Positions 59,888-64,000 of a stretch of DNA of 64,000 nucleotides are shown one piece after another. The notes under the pieces were generated by a model, which was not told the origin of the DNA, ran no database searches, and saw only the letters and a list, made by a program, of their open reading frames with translations. Source of the DNA: Synechococcus sp. UW140 (GTDB taxonomy: Bacteria > Cyanobacteriota > Cyanobacteriia > PCC-6307 > Cyanobiaceae). The stretch's first letter is position 1; each line of letters starts with the position of its first letter. A program made the translations under genes and the position numbers. The stretch lies in assembly GCA_943369245.1 (NCBI GenBank), contig CALRMN020000015.1, positions 916-64,915 of the forward strand, given 5' to 3'.

Positions 59888-60904
59888 TCAGCGTGCCGGC
59901 AGAAATCCCATGGCCGCACGCACCCTGTCCAGGGAGGCCTGGGCCACGACACGGGCCCGCTCCCGGCCGCGGCGCAGCACCTGATCCAGGTAGCCCGTCT
60001 CGGCCCGGATGGCCTCGTAGCGCTCCTGCAGGGGGCGCAGGGCCTCCACGGCCACCTCCGCCAGCAGGGGCTTGAACTGACCCCAGCCCATCGAGGCGCA
60101 CTCCCGGGCGGCAGCCTCACGGTCCACCCCACTGAGCAGGGCATAGAGCCCTAGAAGATTGTCAGCCTCGGGTCGCTCGGGGTTGCCGAATTCGAGCCCC
60201 ATCACCGGATCGGTCTTCGCCCGCTTGATCTTGCGGGTGATCAGCTCGGGGGGATCGAGCAGGTTGATGCGCGAGCCCTCGTTGGGGTCGCTCTTGCTCA
60301 TCTTGCTGCGGCCATCCGCCAGGCTCATCACCCGAGCGCCCTCGGCGAGGATCAGCGGTTCGGGGACTTTCAGCAGCGGCTCGTCCTCCGGGGCGAAGCG
60401 GGCATTGATGCGCTGCTGGGCAATGTCGCGGGCCAGCTCGAGATGCTGCTTCTGGTCTTCGCCCACCGGCACCAGATCGGCGTCGTAGAGCAGGATGTCC
60501 GCCGCCATCAGTACGGGGTAATCCAGCAGACCCACCGAGACGTTCTCGCCCTGTTTGCGGGCCTTTTCCTTGAACTGGATCATCCGCTCCAGCCAGTTCA
60601 GTGGCGTGACGCAGTTCAGGAGCCAGGTGAGCTCGCTGTGGGCCGTCACCTGGCTTTGCACGAAGACGCTGGAAAGCTCCGGATCGATGCCGCTGGCGAG
60701 GTAGAGCGCGGCGGTGCGACGGGTGTTCTCCGCGAGCAGCGCCGGATCGTGGGGCACCGTGATGGCATGCAGATCGACCACACAGAAGAAGGTGTCGTGG
60801 TCGTCCTGGAGGCTGACCCAGTTGCGGATGGCCCCGAGCCAGTTCCCCAGGTGCAGAGCACCGGTGGGCTGGACACCGGAGAGGACCCGGGGCCTACTGC
60901 TCAC
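59888..60904 (-). CDS. trpS: Tryptophan--tRNA ligase
   Basis: LSGVQPTGALHLGN (HIGH), YPVLMAADILLY, VPVGEDQKQHLE, KMSKS. Confidence 0.98.
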   Translation of the reverse strand: MSSRPRVLSGVQPTGALHLGNWLGAIRNWVSLQDDHDTFFCVVDLHAITVPHDPALLAENTRRTAALYLASGIDPELSSVFVQSQVTAHSELTWLLNCVTPLNWLERMIQFKEKARKQGENVSVGLLDYPVLMAADILLYDADLVPVGEDQKQHLELARDIAQQRINARFAPEDEPLLKVPEPLILAEGARVMSLADGRSKMSKSDPNEGSRINLLDPPELITRKIKRAKTDPVMGLEFGNPERPEADNLLGLYALLSGVDREAAARECASMGWGQFKPLLAEVAVEALRPLQERYEAIRAETGYLDQVLRRGRERARVVAQASLDRVRAAMGFLPAR

Positions 60905-61470
60905 GGTTGCGTCTCAGACGCTTCGGCGGACGGGGCGGCGGCCTCCTCCGGCTCCGAGATCACCACCTCAAGGGTCTGATCAGGGGCATCGACAGCCTCG
61001 ACAGCCTCGACGGCCTCGTGGACCTCGGTGGCCTCCGGCTCAGGGGCCGGGGCCTGGGGGCGGCTGGGCCGCGCGAATGGATCCGGACGGCTGGAGCGCC
61101 GCTCGCCACGGCCCTCGGCGGGGGATCGCCGGGCCCGCTGCCCGTCGCGGGGAGTGCCCTCGTTCCGGGGGGCGCCGCCCTGGGCGCGGTGCTCGGCCAG
61201 CAGCGCGTCCAGCTGGCCTTGCTCCAGCAGCTGGGCCACGGTTCGGATCGAGAAACCCAGCGCCGCCACGGTGGAGCGGAGCTGGAAGGCTTCCTGAACG
61301 GCGTTGGCGGCACGGAGCTCGTTGTCGCTCAGCCGGATGCGAAAGCCTCCGGTCTCGCGCTCACGTCCGCCGCCCCCGCCACCACTGCCCCGTCCCGACT
61401 CGATGCGCCGGGTGCGAGCGGGCTGGTCCTGCTCGGACCGGGCCACTGCTGCTGTGTTCTCGTCGGCCAT
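60901..61470 (-). CDS. Hypothetical protein with a possible ribbon-helix-helix core
   Basis: GFRIRLSDNELRAA...STVAALGFSIRTVA core flanked by low-complexity tails; GTGA overlap with trpS. Confidence 0.72.
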   Translation of the reverse strand: MADENTAAVARSEQDQPARTRRIESGRGSGGGGGGRERETGGFRIRLSDNELRAANAVQEAFQLRSTVAALGFSIRTVAQLLEQGQLDALLAEHRAQGGAPRNEGTPRDGQRARRSPAEGRGERRSSRPDPFARPSRPQAPAPEPEATEVHEAVEAVEAVDAPDQTLEVVISEPEEAAAPSAEASETQP

Positions 61471-61514
61471 CGCCGGAGCCTTCAATCAGGGGGCAAGTGT
61501 GCCGCATCAACGGT

Positions 61515-62012
61515 TCACGGGGCTGCCAGCCAGAGCAGACGGTGGGGTTCAGCTGATCCGGCGCGGGCGAGGATCAACAGCGGCAACGGCCGTGGACCCG
61601 CTGAGGCAAAGGACTGCCGGTAGCGGGCGAGGAAGGCGAGGTAGATCTGCAGGGTCCAGCCGCCATGGCCCCGCTCCTGGGCCTGCCAGTGCCGTTTGAG
61701 GGCGAGCCGGCAGGCCTCCTCCCCGAACTCCCGCCAGCAGTGGGCTTCGGCAGCCTCCGGGCTCAGTCCCTCACGGCAGCAGTGGCGGAAGGCCTCCAGC
61801 TCGGGGGCCGCCGCCGTGCAATCCGGCGGCAGCTCCAGCGTCAGGCGCTCCACCGGGACCGCCTGGAGCTGCAACCAGCAGCGATCCAGCAGCAGCACCG
61901 GCAGCCCCCCGTGCCAGTGCCGTTCCTGTTGCTGATGATGCAGCCGCCGCGCCAGCTCCAGCTCCAGACGGGGGGTGAGCTTCAGACTGGCGGCTTCGGC
62001 CGTCTCCACCAT
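61515..62012 (-). CDS. Hypothetical protein
   Basis: Trp/Cys-rich ORF (LPVLLLDRCWLQL, CWREFGEEAC); ATG at 62012. Confidence 0.65.
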   Translation of the reverse strand: MVETAEAASLKLTPRLELELARRLHHQQQERHWHGGLPVLLLDRCWLQLQAVPVERLTLELPPDCTAAAPELEAFRHCCREGLSPEAAEAHCWREFGEEACRLALKRHWQAQERGHGGWTLQIYLAFLARYRQSFASAGPRPLPLLILARAGSAEPHRLLWLAAP

Positions 62013-62116
62013 GGCAAGGCCGCTCGACCCGTCCAGTCTGGGGGTGATCCAGGCCGCCTGGGCAGGAGTGGGCGGCTGAGCTAGAGAGGCTCTGCTTCGG
62101 CAGCACCGCACCGCCC

Positions 62117-63526
62117 TTGACCACCCCCGCCGCTTCCCCGGTCACCGCCGCTCAGGCCTGCGCAGACGACGCCGGGGCCAGGGCACGGAGCTGGCGGCCG
62201 GGGATGCCCTGGATGCCGGCGGCCCTGGTGCTGGCCGGCGGCCTGCTGCTGGGCGACAGCCTGCACGGCAGCCTCTCCGGTGCGGTGGTGGTCGCCGCGG
62301 CTGCTGGGGGCCTGTGGTGGCTCAGCCGCGGCAAGGCCACGATCCAACCCAGGCTTCCCTCCAACTGGAAGGGCTGGATCGAGCGTTGCGAAGGGCTGCT
62401 GAATCAATTTGAGCAGCTCCAGCCCACTGAGAACGATCCGGCCGCCAGCGCCGAGCAGCAGGGCCGGCGCCAGAGCCTGCAGCAGCTGCGCGACCGTCAG
62501 CCGCGACAGCAGCTGCAGGTGGGGCTGGCGGGGGTCAGCCTGCCACCCGCGAGCCTGCAGCCGGAGCTGATCCGGGCGCTCAGGCCCCCCCTGCCCCTCT
62601 GCCTGCACTGGGGGCACCCACTGCCGAGCCACAGCCCCGACTGGCGCTGGCCCCTGCTGTTCCAGCAGTGCGACCTGCTGCTCGTTCACCTGGAGACGCC
62701 CCTGAGGGCTGCGGATCTGCGCTGGCTCGAATCCCTGCCCGCAGGTCAGGACGTGTCCCTGCTGGTGACGAGCACCGACCAGGCGCAGCCGGCGGAGCTG
62801 GAGCAGGAGTTGCATGCCCAGCTGCCGGTGACCCTGGCCGATCAGGTGATCCTCTGGAACGGCAAGGAGGAACAGCTCAGGGCTGCCCTGGAGCCCTGCA
62901 GCCGGCTGCTGCGCGCCCGCGGCCGGAGCCTGCTGCTGCAGACCGAGCTGCGCTGCCTCGAGACCCTGCACGCGGAGTGGCAGACGAGGCTGGAGAGCCT
63001 GAGGCGAGGGCGTCTCGATGGACTGGTGCGGCGCACCCAGTGGCTGGTGGCCGCCGGGGTGTTCGCGGCCCCCATGCCCAGCGTTGATCTGCTGGTGCTG
63101 GCGGTGGCCAATGGCCTGATGCTCAGGGAGATGGCCGAGCTCTGGGATTGCCCCTGGCAGCTGGCTCAGCTGCGAGAGGCCGCCACTGAGCTGGCCAAGG
63201 CGGCGCTGGCCCTGGGCGTGACCGAGTGGACCAGCCAGGCCCTGCTCTCGGCCATGCGCCTGGAGGGAACCACCTGGCTGGTGGGGGGTGCGCTGCAGGC
63301 CCTGAGCGCCGCCTACCTGACCCGGGTGGTGGCCCATGCCATGGCCGATGTGCTCGCCCTCTCCAGCGGGGTGCCCGAGCTGGATCTGCAGGTGCTCCGC
63401 CAACAGGCTCCTCTGCTGGTGGCCAGGGCCGCCGAGGCGGAACGGCTCGACTGGAAGGGATTTCTCAGCCAGGGGCAGGCCTGGTGGCGCAGCCAGACGA
63501 CGCCGGGACTGGAGGCCGCCGGCTGA
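62117..63526 (+). CDS. YcjF/DUF697 family membrane protein
   Basis: Two N-terminal TMs, C-terminal APMPSVDLLVLAVANGLML and GGALQALSAAYLTRVV. Confidence 0.75.
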   Translation: MTTPAASPVTAAQACADDAGARARSWRPGMPWMPAALVLAGGLLLGDSLHGSLSGAVVVAAAAGGLWWLSRGKATIQPRLPSNWKGWIERCEGLLNQFEQLQPTENDPAASAEQQGRRQSLQQLRDRQPRQQLQVGLAGVSLPPASLQPELIRALRPPLPLCLHWGHPLPSHSPDWRWPLLFQQCDLLLVHLETPLRAADLRWLESLPAGQDVSLLVTSTDQAQPAELEQELHAQLPVTLADQVILWNGKEEQLRAALEPCSRLLRARGRSLLLQTELRCLETLHAEWQTRLESLRRGRLDGLVRRTQWLVAAGVFAAPMPSVDLLVLAVANGLMLREMAELWDCPWQLAQLREAATELAKAALALGVTEWTSQALLSAMRLEGTTWLVGGALQALSAAYLTRVVAHAMADVLALSSGVPELDLQVLRQQAPLLVARAAEAERLDWKGFLSQGQAWWRSQTTPGLEAAG

Positions 63527-63545
63527 ACCCCGCGCCAGACAATTT

Positions 63546-63602
63546 CTTCATGAAGACTTGATGAAGTTATTCATGAAGTTCTCTATAGACACGAAACGTT
63601 TC
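63546..63602 (+). promoter_or_regulatory. AT-rich psbA promoter region with three phased ATGAAG repeats
   Basis: ATGAAG at 63550, 63561 and 63573; palindromes CTTCATGAAG (63546-63555) and GAAACGTTTC (63593-63602). Confidence 0.5.
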
Positions 63603-63737
63603 AAGGTATTCACGGGCCGGAACGGGGGCTTTGCCTAGCGTCGAATGGCGCCCACCATGGCCAGTTCCGGAGTCAGGGTCTCGAACCTGATCCGGATCTG
63701 AATCCAGGGGCGAGTCCATCCCGTCCTCATTCCTCCA

Positions 63738-64000
63738 ATGACCACGGCCGTTCGCAGCGGACGCGCTGGCAACTGGGAAAACTTCTGTCAGTGGGTCACC
63801 TCCACCGACAACCGCATCTATGTCGGTTGGTTCGGTGTGCTGATGATTCCCTGCCTCCTGTCAGCCACCATCTGCTTCATCATTGCCTTCATCGCCGCTC
63901 CCCCCGTCGACATCGACGGCATCCGGGAGCCCGTTGCAGGATCGTTCCTGTACGGCAACAACATCATCTCCGGCGCCGTTGTTCCTTCCAGCAACGCCAT
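63738..64000 (+). CDS. psbA: Photosystem II D1 protein, 5' part (runs off the window); D1:1-like N-terminus
   Basis: Missed by the ORF track. Manual translation: [87 protein letters not shown]. Confidence 0.98.
   Translation, partial: MTTAVRSGRAGNWENFCQWVTSTDNRIYVGWFGVLMIPCLLSATICFIIAFIAAPPVDIDGIREPVAGSFLYGNNIISGAVVPSSNA

Noticed and set aside
1-64000. CRISPR arrays, tRNA/rRNA genes, IS elements, integrase, HIP1 enrichment
   Set aside because: No repeat-spacer arrays, tRNA arms or transposase/integrase motifs seen. GCGATCGC was noticed only a few times (e.g. about 35133, 41229, 48054, 56363), without a count to show enrichment

Overview
Picocyanobacterial (Cyanobium/Synechococcus-like) chromosome, about 65-70% GC in core regions. 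The left part (1-29.2 kb) is a cell-surface glycosylation island. It holds a pyruvyltransferase, GT25, GT4 x2, TPR-GT2, GT14, a GT2-GT4 fusion, TPR-GT9, three sulfotransferase-fold proteins, a SAM methyltransferase and two paralogous unknown proteins. These surround a translationally coupled type I secretion cassette (PPIase-HlyB-HlyD). A small acidic protein with RTX-like nonapeptides closes the island. GC falls stepwise toward the left end. The right part (29.2-64 kb) is ordinary core genome: clpB, petJ, petE, hemE, glgB, ycf51, tamB, ROK kinase, proA, folB, prlC, ndhD, thrB, glk, thrS, a GH104-type muramidase, trpS, a YcjF-like gene and the 5' end of psbA. The most notable observations are four. 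(1) A putative T1SS-coupled protein-glycosylation system with a candidate small RTX-like substrate. (2) A sharply bounded ~41% GC patch inside the hlyB transmembrane domain. (3) A compact, pseudoknot-capable multi-hairpin RNA leader upstream of the muramidase gene. (4) A clpB leader that can sequester its own Shine-Dalgarno sequence. No tRNA, rRNA, CRISPR array, integrase or transposase was seen. All family calls are by motif recognition, not database search.
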